Below, one piece after another: positions 21,481 through 32,039 of a DNA stretch of 64,000 nt. The notes under the pieces were generated by a model, which was not told the origin of the DNA, did no database searches, and worked only from the letters and a program-made list of their open reading frames with translations. The translations under genes and the position numbers were made by a program. Where the stretch lies: NCBI GenBank assembly GCA_963778655.1, contig CAVZVA010000010.1, forward strand, positions 128,001 through 192,000, written 5' to 3'. Position 1 is the first letter of the stretch, and each line of letters starts with the position of its first letter. This stretch comes from an uncultured delta proteobacterium (GTDB lineage Bacteria > Myxococcota_A > Polyangia > Polyangiales > JAFGIB01).

Positions 21481-21529
21481 GCGCCTACGGCTTTCACAGC
21501 GCCCAGAGCCTCATCGCGTTGCTCTTCCT

Positions 21530-22030
21530 TTTGATGGCTGAGTTGAAGCAATACCAGGCGATTCGCTCGAGGTTCGGATCGGGGTAACAGTCCTTCTGGG
21601 GGTAACGCGTGATGTCGCCGTCGTAGAAGGCCGTGCGCGTGCCTGCGCGGGCGGCGTATTCCCATTCTGCATCGGTGAGCAGGCGATAGCCGGTGCATTC
21701 GTAGACGCTCGGAGCCGTCAGCGTCACCGAGGCACAGGTCATTCCCTCGCCGACCGTGCCGGTGCAGTCGTTGAGTACGTAGCAAGAATCAAACCCCGTG
21801 GTCTCCGAGAGTTTGTTCGCATACGCAAGTGCTTCGTACCAGGTCACGTGACCGACCGGGCATTCAGCTTCCAGACAGTCCACCACACCGTGGGCGGTAT
21901 CCTGCTCGCTCGGGTTGCCGAACCCGAGGGCTATCCATTCGCTCTGGGTAGTTTCGTGTTGCCGGACCTCGAAGGCATGAGTCAGAGTCACGGCTGCTTC
22001 ATCCTCGACCTGCAGGGGGTGACCCCATTC
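21530..22030 (-). pseudogene. FGE-sulfatase (SUMF1/EgtB-like) fragment
   Basis: MGSP...VTLTHAF...VTWYEALAYAN...GYRLLTDAEWEYAARAG; cut by the RAYT remnant and the transposase fragment. Confidence 0.8.
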
Positions 22031-22039
22031 CGATGTATC

Positions 22040-22879
22040 CGGGCATATGGGGACGGTCCTCGATATATCGATTGTTGTATTGGTGGAGGGGACCGTGGTA
22101 GGCGAGGTGCTCGATGCCGCGAACTGCGCGCGTGAGGTTGGCTGGAGGGGTGTCCCACGTGGTGTCGCGGTTTGCGCGGGGGGTGGTGAGCAGGTGGTGA
22201 GCTACCACTACGGTCAGGCGATGACGACTCCAGCAGAGCTCGACGAGCCAGCGCGCACGCTGGGACGGGCATATGGGGACGGTCCTCGATATATCGATTG
22301 TTGTATTGGTGGAGGGGACCGTGGTAGGCGAGGTGCTCGATGCCGCGAACTGCGCGCGTGAGGTTGGCTGGAGGGGTGTCCCACGTGGTGTCGCGGTTTG
22401 CGCGGGGGGTGGTGAGCTACCACTACGGTCAGGCGATGACGACTCCAGCAGAGCTCGACGAGCCAGCGCGCACGCTGACGGCGCTGCTCTCTGGTCGCCG
22501 CCGCCCACGTCCGCGCACCAAGACCAAGGCCACGGCCGATGCGCTGCCGGTGCGGTATCATGTGGACGTGCAGGAGACCTGACCTGTGCTGCGAGGGGAT
22601 GGAGTGGAAGCGAGAAACGTAGGTTATCGAAGTATCGCGGACCGTCCCCATTTGCACTGGTCGCCGCCGCCCACGTCCGCGCACCAAGACCAAGGCCACG
22701 GCCGATGCGCTGCCGGTGCGGTATCATGTGGACGTGCAGGAGACCTGACCTGTGCTGCGAGGGGATGGAGTGGAAGCGAGAAACGTAGGTTATCGAAGTA
22801 TCGCGGACCGTCCCCATTTGCCCCCCATTTGCCCCTCCGACGGCTGGTAGCGAGTCCGTCCCCATTTGCCCCCATTTGC
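22040..22879 (+). mobile_element. Internally deleted RAYT (Y1 HUH transposase)-like element with inverted repeats and tandem duplications
   Basis: MPRTARVRLAGGVSHVVSRF N-terminus (twice); CATATGGGGACGGTCCTCGATATATCGAT versus its inverted counterpart 25/29; duplicated units 22040-22262/22266-22477 and 22491-22655/22657-22821. Confidence 0.7.
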
Positions 22880-22999
22880 CTCCGGCAATTGCCCGGCCGA
22901 GTCCTGGTACAGGACGGGCATCGCAGGTAGCATGCGAGGCGCGGGCACATCCCGTCGTGGCGAGCTCGCCGACGCGTGCGCTGCCTCGGGAGGCATTCG

Positions 23000-23749
23000 A
23001 TGTCTGCTTGCTCGAGTTGGATCCGAAACGGACTGGGACTGTCGTTGCTGTGCGCGGCGTTCGGCTGCGGAGGCGGCGGCGATCAGACCAGGGGCGCAAA
23101 GCTCGACCTGCCTCCGAACGCGAAGCTGGCGAGCCTGACGCCGGCCGACGGCATGAAGGTGTGCGCGTTTCTGCTCGAGTCAGCCAAGCAGATCACCGAC
23201 GCAGACCAGGCGCGTTACACCTGCGTGATCACGGGAGGAATCGCGAGCTCACAGATCGGCCCGGACGGCAGGGACGTGATCGACAGGGCCAAATGCCAAC
23301 AGGCCATGAACGAGTGTCTGGCCGTCGAAACACCCGCGCACGTGGACACCAGTTGCGGCGGTAGCAGCTACTATGCGCGCCTCTCCGCTTGCAGCGCCAC
23401 GGCGGCCGAGCTGCAGGACTGCATCAATGCAGCTTTCGCCGAGCAGCATCGCATCTACAGCACGCTCTCCTGCGCCGAGCTCACCCCGGGCTCGGGCGCG
23501 GTGCCCTTCATGCTCCCCGACCCCGACGCGCAATCGCTGCCCGAGTGCCAGGCGCTCACCACGCAGTGCCCCGCCGTGCTCCAAGGCATGTACTCTCCCA
23601 CCGGCTCGACCCCGATGTCCTCGCCGACCGGCTGCGACGACAGCTGCGTCCATGCCAACGACGGCTTCTGCGACGATGGCGGCCCTGGCGCCATCCGCGT
23701 GGCCAGCTGTGCCCTCGGCACCGATTGCAGCGACTGCGGCCCGCGCTGA
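23000..23749 (+). CDS. Cys-rich lipoprotein
   Basis: Lipobox AFGC; C-terminal CDDSC...DGFCDDGGPG...CALGTDCSDCGPR. Confidence 0.75.
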   Translation: MSACSSWIRNGLGLSLLCAAFGCGGGGDQTRGAKLDLPPNAKLASLTPADGMKVCAFLLESAKQITDADQARYTCVITGGIASSQIGPDGRDVIDRAKCQQAMNECLAVETPAHVDTSCGGSSYYARLSACSATAAELQDCINAAFAEQHRIYSTLSCAELTPGSGAVPFMLPDPDAQSLPECQALTTQCPAVLQGMYSPTGSTPMSSPTGCDDSCVHANDGFCDDGGPGAIRVASCALGTDCSDCGPR

Positions 23750-24631
23750 GGCGCGGCTGGGAGGACGCGGACCGCCTCAGTGTGCTCTTGCGCCCGCCTG
23801 ACCAGGCGCTCGCACTGGCGCGGTCACGTCGGCACGACGAAGACCAAGCGCACGCGGACCGTGCCCGTCGTATCCCACTATTCGATCGAGGTTCATGCAG
23901 CGGCTCGGTAGTATTCGAGGCGAGATAGCGCTCGATGCGGTCAATCGCTGCATCGTCTTGTTCGAGCGCCAGGCCCCAGTTTGTGAGGCGGTGCTCTCGG
24001 TCGACTTTTTGAAGTGGCAGCATCTGCGGGGCCTGGGCCAGGCGCTCGGTCAGATGGAAGCGGTCGATGACGCTGTCCCAGGCTTGCAGGCCGAGGTTAC
24101 CAAGTGCGACCTCCAGAAGTGACCACAACTCGGGTGCCGCATCCTGCACGGTGCCAATCGGCAACGCAGAACGACGCTTTCGCCGTCGAGATTACTGGGC
24201 GTGCTCGAGGTCAGCCATCATGCTGCCAAAGACAGTCTTGGGGCCTTCATCGGCCGAAGCGCTGTAGCGAAATGTGGCAAGCGCGTCACCTTGCGCGTCG
24301 GTCACCGTGACGGTACCTACGTACGCCATGCGGTAGTTGACATCGATCGGCTCCGGCTTTTTGCGGTATGCGCTGTGGATTTGGGCCTACGCGCTCGCAT
24401 GGTTTCTGTTCAACGACGTCGTCAAGTGGGCGGCATACCGCATGCTGCGGGGACGCGCCACTGTATGACGACTGGGCTCAGCGGCTCGCGCGGGATCGAC
24501 AGGGTGCCAAGCGGTTTGCGAGCCAGCGCAACCAAGGTGCGCGAGATCGCGCCGGCGCAGCGCGAAAAAGGCGAGCTCCACGACCGCAGGACCCGTCCGG
24601 CGGCCTGCGACCTACGATCCGGCCTCACTCA

Positions 24632-25099
24632 CTATTGGGCGAGGTCCACAACGACCGAACCGATCTGACTCAAGTCGGGCGCGTCGTTGGTAATGCCGAC
24701 GTCCATGACATGGTAGCTCTGCGCGTCGACGGTGAGCGTGAGAACGCGGCCCTGCGGGGCGGATACCCCGGGTGGGCTACTTCCGGCCGTAAACGGACCG
24801 CCCGTGAGCTCGATGACGTACACCGGCGAATGATCGCCAACGATATCACCGCTGATGATCTTTTCGGCGGCCTGATGGTCCGGGGAGGCCGCGGCAATCA
24901 TGGTCTGCGGCAAAGACGCCCCGGCAGCCTGCAACGCCAAAGCGCGGAGCTTGGCCCTCACCTTCGGGTCTCCCAAGGAAGCCTGCAGTGCTTCCGCGCT
25001 GACCACCCCTACACCCGCGTCGGCACCGCCACGATCACTCGACTGTCCGCACGCACCTGTGGCAGCGAGCGCAAGGAGCATTGCGAAAGCGATGCGCAT
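24632..25099 (-). CDS. Hypothetical lipoprotein
   Basis: MRIAFAMLLALAATGAC signal peptide/lipobox; GC3-rich codon usage. Confidence 0.7.
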   Translation of the reverse strand: MRIAFAMLLALAATGACGQSSDRGGADAGVGVVSAEALQASLGDPKVRAKLRALALQAAGASLPQTMIAAASPDHQAAEKIISGDIVGDHSPVYVIELTGGPFTAGSSPPGVSAPQGRVLTLTVDAQSYHVMDVGITNDAPDLSQIGSVVVDLAQ

Positions 25100-25311
25100 A
25101 CAGCCAGCATACGGCCGGTGGGAAACGGTCGCAAGCCTTGGCGCGCCGGCGTCTTCGTCGTTGCACAGCTCTCGAATGTGCTCGCTCACACAGGCCGTGA
25201 GGTCGCTGGCCCGGCAGCGCGGCACGGCGGGGCGCCCTCGAGCACCTGGTTCGTGAGCGCCCGCAACCCGGTCTCGGCGGGCTGAGCCCGCGGCAGAGCC
25301 GGCTCGCGCGC

Positions 25312-26511
25312 CTACGGCAAGTTGGCCGAGGCGGTTTCCCAGGCGCTGTCCTGGCACAACGCGCAGCTGCTGCCGACGAGGAAACCCTTGCCGGTGGCGG
25401 TCTCGTCGCCCTTCAGCCACCAGTTCAGCCAGGCCAGGTCGAGCTTGGTGAAGTCCCCGCCGTTCTTCTGGAATAGATCGCCGCCGTGGCCGAGATCCTT
25501 GCTGAACAGCATGATCGGAATGCCCAGGGCGCTGATGTTGTCGTAGTCGCGCTTGCCGTTCTGGTATGCGATGTCGCCGCTGCCACCGAGCGCGATCAGC
25601 ACGGGCGTGTGGATGGACTTGTAGAGCATCTGATCCGCGGCGAACAGCCCGCTGCTGTTGAGCATCCAGGTCGTGAGGCGGGGATCGCCCGCTGTGCCCT
25701 CGGCCATCAATCCGCCGCAGGAGAACCCCGCGGTGGCGATCTTGGTCGTATCGAGGCTCTGGTAATACGCGCTGCAGGGCTTCTCGTTCTCGGCAACGGC
25801 CCAATCGATGTACGCGATCATGGGCTTCCCCATCGACACGGTGTCGCCCATGCTGCGATTGCCGCTTCCCATGCCGCTCGGTGGGCCGTCGGTGATGACG
25901 AAGTAGCCGTGGGACGCGATCTCGCCCATGGCCGTGGAGTTCGACAATCCCTGCTGCGCGCAGCCGCCCTCTCCCCAGACGAGGATCGGGTACTTCTCGA
26001 CTCCGCCCAGGTCCATGGGTCGGATGATGGTCCCCTCATTGATGCCGGGGTCGGAATTGGACTCGACGACCACCTGGTGCGGCCCGCTGCCCGATACCTT
26101 CGCGCTCGCCGGCTGCGACGCGGTGCAGGTGCCACTGCCCATGGTTCCGCCGGCTCCGCCTGTGCCCGCGCCGGCCATGCCGGCCGCGCCGGCGCCGGCC
26201 GCGCTCCCGGCCGCTCCGGTCATGGACGTGGCTCCGCCGGTCCCTGTGCCTACGCCGCCGGTTCCTGCAGGGGCGCGCTGACCTCCCGTCGCAGAGCCGA
26301 AGGTGCCGCCGGTCGCCCCAGGCGTATTGGCGGAAGGTGTCGACGTCATGTCACCGCTTCCGCCGCTCGCCTGGCCGGAAAACCCTCCGGTGTTGGCCAG
26401 CGAGCCGCCCGAGCCGCCAGTCCCCGTTGCCGGAAACATGGCGTCCGTGCCGGTCTTCTTCGACTCGCAGGCAAGCACGAGAAGCGCCGACCCGATGATG
26501 GAAATGGTCAT
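25312..26511 (-). CDS. Lipoprotein alpha/beta hydrolase (cutinase/chlorophyllase-like fold) with Gly-rich linker
   Basis: VLAC lipobox, YPILVWGEG, IASHGYFV, GFSCGG, GGSGD, GHGG; start uncertain. Confidence 0.8.
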   Translation of the reverse strand: MTISIIGSALLVLACESKKTGTDAMFPATGTGGSGGSLANTGGFSGQASGGSGDMTSTPSANTPGATGGTFGSATGGQRAPAGTGGVGTGTGGATSMTGAAGSAAGAGAAGMAGAGTGGAGGTMGSGTCTASQPASAKVSGSGPHQVVVESNSDPGINEGTIIRPMDLGGVEKYPILVWGEGGCAQQGLSNSTAMGEIASHGYFVITDGPPSGMGSGNRSMGDTVSMGKPMIAYIDWAVAENEKPCSAYYQSLDTTKIATAGFSCGGLMAEGTAGDPRLTTWMLNSSGLFAADQMLYKSIHTPVLIALGGSGDIAYQNGKRDYDNISALGIPIMLFSKDLGHGGDLFQKNGGDFTKLDLAWLNWWLKGDETATGKGFLVGSSCALCQDSAWETASANLP

Positions 26512-27149
26512 CGCGCTCAATCGAGCGCGCCGCACGAGCGCGAGCGGCAGCGCGGCGTGCGCTTGCCCCGCGCGACGCGAGATCTCGGATCCTGCCCATG
26601 ACCAGCTCCTTGTTCCTTGGCGGAGGCGCCGCGGTCCAAGCACCTCCGCCGCGGTTCAGTCGATCCCGATGAGCAGTGGCGGGCGCACGGTGGGTCCGTC
26701 ACGCGAAACCTCGCCGGCTTTCAATCACCTGGTTGCCTGCAAGCTTTGCAGACGGGCGGCTGCAAGCGTGATCGGGCGGTCGATTCTCGCGGCGGGGACA
26801 GGTTGCGCCGCTGGGACGGCCCTCGAACCCGGTCCCTCAGGCTGCTGGCACGATGCGTGCGAGACACCAGGGCGTGCTCCTTCGGGACGGAGGTGAGCCA
26901 TGGATCTGCAACCGCGCATCTTGGTGGCCGAGGATGACGTCGATGTCCGCGGCGCTCTGGTCGATTGCTTGCGCCAGGGCGGCAACGACGTCGTGGACGT
27001 TCCGGACGGGGATCACGTCAGAGAGTATATCGACGAATGCATGCTCTACGACGTGCCTCACAAGCGCGGGGGATAGTCGGGATGAAGAGCCGATTCGAGG
27101 GGGCCAGTCGGGATGAAGAGCCGAATGGAGCGCGGTGCAGTTGCAGGCG

Positions 27150-27177
27150 AGTTGACATATTGTGTTGACTGCGAAGC
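27150..27177 (-). promoter_or_regulatory. dif/Xer-like recombination site, copy 1
   Basis: Minus strand GCTTCGCAGTC-AACACA-ATATGTCAACT (11-6-11); right arm resembles XerD arm TTATGTYAAAT, left arm shares TTCGCA with XerC arms. Confidence 0.5.
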
Positions 27178-27691
27178 GTGCGCCGCGAGGCGCGAGGCGC
27201 GAGGAGGACCGATGAGCTGAAGACCTCATCACTGTCCGGGTCGGGCCGGGCATTAAGGGCGTCGTGAACCCCGCCTAGGTTGGAATGGCGGGCTGCAAAA
27301 GCCGAACGACGTCAACTTTGTGCGCTCTCCGAGCGGCTCACCGCAAGGAGGGATTCTTTCTCCCCTACTCGCCAACATCGCGCTGAGCACCATCGACGAG
27401 CGGTACGAACGCCATGCTTGGCCACGTGGGCTCGCCACCCGGCGCTCTCACGTGGGCCGACCGAGCAAAGCGCTCACCGAGCCCGACGACATTGCCCAGC
27501 GCGCGCTCGTCAATCGCGCCAACGACAGACGGCGCGGTTTTCCGGTCTTGATGCCGATTCGGTACGCCGATGACTTCATCATCTTGGTCAGCGAACCCGC
27601 CGGCGCCCCCGCTGGCGGGCAACTCGCGAACCAAGAGAAGGCCGCCTTGGCGGGGGGTCGACCCGAGTAAGGCGCCGCGTGCCCACTCTAC
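27178..27691 (+). mobile_element. Internally deleted group II intron, copy 1 (lacks domain V)
   Basis: 5' GTGCG; RT motifs PQGGILSPLLANI and RYADDF; 3' end CCCACTCTAC as in copy 2. Confidence 0.85.
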
Positions 27692-27696
27692 AGAGC

Positions 27697-27840
27697 CTAC
27701 CTTCCCCCGGCGGCAGCGTGGATCGACACCGAGGCGTAAATCTGCGTCGTGTTCACGTCTTGGTGCCCGAGAATCGCCTGGATGTACCGGATGTCAGCAC
27801 CGCCTTCGAGTAGCGCCGTCGCACAGGCGTGTCGGAACTG
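27697..27840 (-). pseudogene. XerC/XerD-like tyrosine recombinase C-terminal fragment
   Basis: [34 protein letters not shown]. Confidence 0.85.
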
Positions 27841-28040
27841 ACGCACTACGCTTGCCGAGCTTCGCTTGATCGACGTAGCCGCCCACAAGGTCGGTGGCCC
27901 TCGCGAGCGTCTATCGCCAGCTGCCAACGATGTCACTTGGTTCCAGCCCGAAGCGACCCTGTCCCTCGAACTTATTCGCGCAGCAAGTCCCCATCGAGGG
28001 ATAGCCGGTCGCCGCAGGACTCGCGTAATAGCCTGGCGCA

Positions 28041-29387
28041 ATGCTGCAGTCTGCTCCCGGTGCAAGGGGTCTGCCACTCCTCGGTCACGTTCCCTGGATG
28101 ATTCGAGATCCGATGCGCTTCCTCGCCGAGCTGTCGCGTCGCTACGGCGACGTGGCGGCGTTTCGCGTCGGCGCGCGGCCGCACGTGCTGATCAATCACC
28201 CGGAGCTGATCAGCCGCGTGCTGTGCAATCGCAGCTGCTCGAGAAGCGACGAGAGCCGCAAGGCGATGCGGTCGTTCCTCGGCGACGGACTACTCACGAC
28301 CGAGGGGCCGCTGCACCTCCAGCGCCGGCGCATGATGGCGCCCGCCTTTCATCGCGAACGCATTCGCGGCTACACCGAGCTGATGTGCGCCGAGACCTAC
28401 GCCGACATCGCGGGCTGGCGACCCGACGAGAAGCGCGACCTGCACAAGGACATGATGCGCATCACGTTCACGATCGTTACGCGGGCGCTGTTCAGCGCCG
28501 ACAGGCGCGACGACGCGCGGGAGGTCGAAAAAGCGCTCGCGGTGATCATGCCGTGGGCGATCCTCGGCGCCGCCATGGCGAACGTGCTTCCGTCGCTGCC
28601 GGTGATCTACCCGCTGCGCGCCAAGGCGGCGATCGCGCGGCTCAACCGCCTGGTGCTGGAGATCGTGGCGCACCGGCGCGCGGAGGGCGGCGACCGCGGC
28701 GACCTGCTCTCGATGCTGCTCGCGACACGCGACGAGGACGGAAGCGCGCTCACCGACCAGGACATCTGCGACGAAGCGCTCACGCTCATATTCGCCGGCC
28801 ACGACACGACCGCCAACACGCTGACCTGGGCGTGGCACCTGCTGACGGAGAATCCGGAGGTGCAGGAGGCGCTGTACCAGGAAGTGCAGCGCGTGGTCGG
28901 CGAGCGCGCGCTGACCCCCGAGGACCTGCCCAAACTTCCGCTCGCGGAGCAAGTCATCCACGAGACACTGCGCTTGTACCCGGTCATATGGATCGGCGAC
29001 CGCGTGCCGGAACAAGACATCGAGCTCGGCGGCTATGCGATACCCAAGGGCATCGGAGTCGTATTCTCGATGTACCTCATACAGCGCGACGAGCGCTTCT
29101 TCCCCGATCCGGAACGCTTCGACCCGGCGCGGTTCAGTCCCGCGCGCATCGGCAGCATCCCCGACGGCGCCTATTTCCCATTCGGCGCAGGCGTTCACAA
29201 GTGCATCGGCAGCACCTTCGCCCTGATGGAGGCGCGCATCATCCTGGCAGCGATGGTGCAGCGCTTCGCCATCTCCGCTATCCCCGGACACAAGGTGCGC
29301 AAAACCCGCGAACTCGTCATGACCCCTGTCGGCGGCTTCCCTGTCAGGCTCAGCGCGCGCAAGACTGGCGTCATGCGTTCGGCGTGA
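28041..29387 (+). CDS. Cytochrome P450
   Basis: AGHDTT I-helix, [23 protein letters not shown] heme motif. Confidence 0.96.
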   Translation: MLQSAPGARGLPLLGHVPWMIRDPMRFLAELSRRYGDVAAFRVGARPHVLINHPELISRVLCNRSCSRSDESRKAMRSFLGDGLLTTEGPLHLQRRRMMAPAFHRERIRGYTELMCAETYADIAGWRPDEKRDLHKDMMRITFTIVTRALFSADRRDDAREVEKALAVIMPWAILGAAMANVLPSLPVIYPLRAKAAIARLNRLVLEIVAHRRAEGGDRGDLLSMLLATRDEDGSALTDQDICDEALTLIFAGHDTTANTLTWAWHLLTENPEVQEALYQEVQRVVGERALTPEDLPKLPLAEQVIHETLRLYPVIWIGDRVPEQDIELGGYAIPKGIGVVFSMYLIQRDERFFPDPERFDPARFSPARIGSIPDGAYFPFGAGVHKCIGSTFALMEARIILAAMVQRFAISAIPGHKVRKTRELVMTPVGGFPVRLSARKTGVMRSA

Positions 29388-29904
29388 GCCCGTGCTTGGC
29401 GTGGCACTGGTGGATGCGCGGGTGGCGCTTCAGGTCCGCGAACTGCCGCGCTCTTCGATCTCGCGATCGTATTCCGGACGTACTCACTCGCCGGACCGGG
29501 GTCCGGCATCGTGCGCAGTCGATACCTCGCGGGGCGCGGGAGCGAGGCGCCGCCTACGCTCGGCTTGCCGCCCGCGCGGTGGAACACCAGCTGCGCGCGA
29601 TCGCGCGGTCCTTGTGATGCCGGCTTCGAACTTGTGCACGGTGTACACGGTCTGCGTGGAGCCTGAGGTCCACGAACCTGCATCCCCGGTGGAAAGCCGC
29701 TGGCGAATAAGGCGTTGTTATCCGGTGCGCCGTCGGCCGAGTACGTCATCGCGGCCGGGTCCAGGTTCGTCGTTCGCACCGCATTGTTGAGCGTCACGAG
29801 CACGCCGGCGCCGATGCAGTCGTGGTTCGCCATGCTGGTCGAGGCCACGACCATCACCGGGTCCGACGCGTAGAACAGCTCGGCTACAAGCACGCCGCTG
29901 CGCC

Positions 29905-30120
29905 TCATTCGATTTCAACAATCAGGCGCTCCGGGACAGTGACACAATCATCATGCCCGGCGATACGATCAAGACCACGTGCACGTACTCCAAGCCCTCC
30001 ATCTACGGCTTGGAGACCCAAGATGAGATGTGCTACGACGCCGTTCTCGCTTACTCACCGGGCTCCCTCACCCAACCTGGAATCGGTTCGGGGTTCTCGA
30101 GCAACCAGTGCACGAACTGA
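29905..30120 (+). pseudogene. Copper type II monooxygenase-like C-terminal fragment
   Basis: FDFNNQ...PGDTIKTTCTY...ETQDEMC, frameshifted and 5'-truncated. Confidence 0.5.
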
Positions 30121-30125
30121 TTAGA

Positions 30126-31028
30126 TCAGCGCGCGGCCGGCTTGTCGGCGCTGATGATCAGGTAGTCCGTATTCATGCCCAGCTTATCGCCAGCCGCCTG
30201 CCAGGCATCCTGTTCCGCGGTGGACATCGGCTCGACGATGGCTTCTTCCATGGACTTACCGGCGCGGCGCAGCTTGGCGTAGCGTTGATGCTGCGGATTC
30301 ACGAAGTGGCCGATGGAGCGCATTTGTACGTTGACGAAGCCGACTCCCTCGAGCTTGCGCTTGAATTCGTTGCGGTCGTAATAGTTCTCGATCGGCTCGG
30401 CGAAGTGGTGGAGCGCCCAGCGTGCAGCGAGCCCTGGCTTCCCAGTCGGAGCGCCTTCTTTAGGACCAGCGTCCGCGATCGCCAAACGCCCGCCGGGTTT
30501 CAAGACGCGGAAAGCTTCTTGGAAGAATGCTTCGCGGGTGCGGAAGTGAAACGCACATTCGAGCGCGGTCACCTTGGTGAATGTCTCGCGGCGAAACGGG
30601 ATTTGCGTCGCGGAGCCCATCCCCAACGTGATGCGGCTCTCTAGCCCGCGTTCCTTCACGCGCTGGCGCGCGCGTTCGACTTGCATCGGCATGATGTTGA
30701 GACCGGTGATGTGACCGACGGCGTATTTCTCGAGCCAGAAGAAGTCTTGTTCGGCCAAGCCGTAACCGACATCGAGCTGCTCATCCTTCGAGTTTAGATC
30801 GGCGGCATCCCCAAGCAGTGTCGCCAACGCGCGACACGCTTCCGGATAGGTTTTCGCGTTCTCCCAATACCCGAGGTTCAACCACAGCGGCTTATCGACC
30901 TTGGCGAAGCCGTCCGATGTGCCTTCGACTACGTCGTCGCCGAGATACTCGTAGTAATCCTGGACAGTGCCGCGCAGAAAAAGGCTACGGAAGGTTATGC
31001 TGCCAACCGTCTTAAATGATTTCAGCAT
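30126..31028 (-). CDS. Class I SAM-dependent methyltransferase (natural-product O-methyltransferase-like)
   Basis: WLNLGYW, LDVGYG, ALECAFHF, VLKPGGRL. Confidence 0.9.
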   Translation of the reverse strand: MLKSFKTVGSITFRSLFLRGTVQDYYEYLGDDVVEGTSDGFAKVDKPLWLNLGYWENAKTYPEACRALATLLGDAADLNSKDEQLDVGYGLAEQDFFWLEKYAVGHITGLNIMPMQVERARQRVKERGLESRITLGMGSATQIPFRRETFTKVTALECAFHFRTREAFFQEAFRVLKPGGRLAIADAGPKEGAPTGKPGLAARWALHHFAEPIENYYDRNEFKRKLEGVGFVNVQMRSIGHFVNPQHQRYAKLRRAGKSMEEAIVEPMSTAEQDAWQAAGDKLGMNTDYLIISADKPAAR

Positions 31029-31274
31029 CGTGAGTCGATTTATGCTGGATACTGCGCCTCGTCCACCAATAAGCGCATTCAGGATCCAGATAATCCGCTG
31101 TCACAAGTCGTCACAAGTTGTCTGAGCGAGATGACGACTCACATGCTCACCCAAAGGTTGGGACCCTTTGCATGATGCGTCGTCGGTTGTACTCACTGCG
31201 GCTCGTGGCCTCAAGCCCTAGCGGCGTGTGCGGTCGCGGAGTCGGGCGGGACGATAGGAAAGACAAACGCCGTC

Positions 31275-31436
31275 GGCTCTAGGCGACACTAACGCTCCCC
31301 CCCGATCCCTGGTCCAGCGCAGCGGATCCCAGATCCGGCGCGGCGGATCCCAAATCGGCGCGGCGGGCTCCAGGCGACATTAACGCTCCCCCCGATCCCT
31401 GGTCCAGCGCGGCGGATCCCAGATCCGGCGCGGCGG
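31275..31436. repeat. Nested tandem repeat (91-bp period with internal ~21-bp units)
   Basis: AGGCGACAYTAACGCTCCCCCC(C)GATCCCTGGTCCAGCGC twice; GCGCGGCGGATCCCAGATCCG-type subunits. Confidence 0.85.
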
Positions 31437-31697
31437 GGCGCATTACCGGAGGGTGGTGCCGTGCCACAGGGGGATTTATCTCGCATCCCAATACTGGGAC
31501 TTTCCCGGCGCAGGACGAGCCTCGCCCGCCAGGGCACCCGCAAGGACAACCCTCTTGGGCCCCAGTGTCGCCACCCAGTCGGGCGCTGAACAGAACGTGG
31601 CTCGCCGAACGCTTACCGTGCAACCAATCTTTCGATCTCTCATCGCCGGCTACATTGGACGAAAGTATCGTCCGATACCTTCGTATACCGTCGGGGT

Positions 31698-31860
31698 TTA
31701 CTGGCGCGTAGGGGCGCTCAGCCCCAGTTGCCCGCCCATGTTGACCAGCTCGGCGAACGATGGTGCCTTGGTCTTGCGCATGACCTGACCACGATGCGCT
31801 TTGACCGTGATTTCGCTGATCCCGAGCCTGGCGTCGACTTGTTTGTACAGAAGGCCCACG
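31698..31860 (-). pseudogene. FixJ/LuxR-type HTH fragment
   Basis: LGISEITVKAHRGQVMRK...ELVNM. Confidence 0.8.
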
Positions 31861-32039
31861 GGGCCTGGGTCCCCGAAAAGTGGTTCAGCCGAGGTCACGT
31901 TTTGACACGGGGGGCCCGGGTCCCAAAACTGATCCGCTCCAGAGCCTCAGTTAGCCGTCGCCTCAGAATCTCCGGCGGCTCGAACACGAATACTCGCTGG
32001 CGGCCGACCTCGATGCGGCATGGGCAGTTCAGCCGCTCA

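Noticed and set aside
23850..24600. Possible coding region
   Set aside because: No recognisable motif or consistent reading frame; left uncalled.
27068..27124. CRISPR-like direct repeat AGTCGGGATGAAGAGCCGA x2
   Set aside because: Only two copies at a 31-bp period, spacer too short, no cas genes.
27320..27670. Retron or DGR reverse transcriptase
   Set aside because: PQGG/YADD fragment lies between group II intron termini, copy 2 has domains V-VI, and no template/variable repeat pair was seen for the FGE-sulfatase genes.
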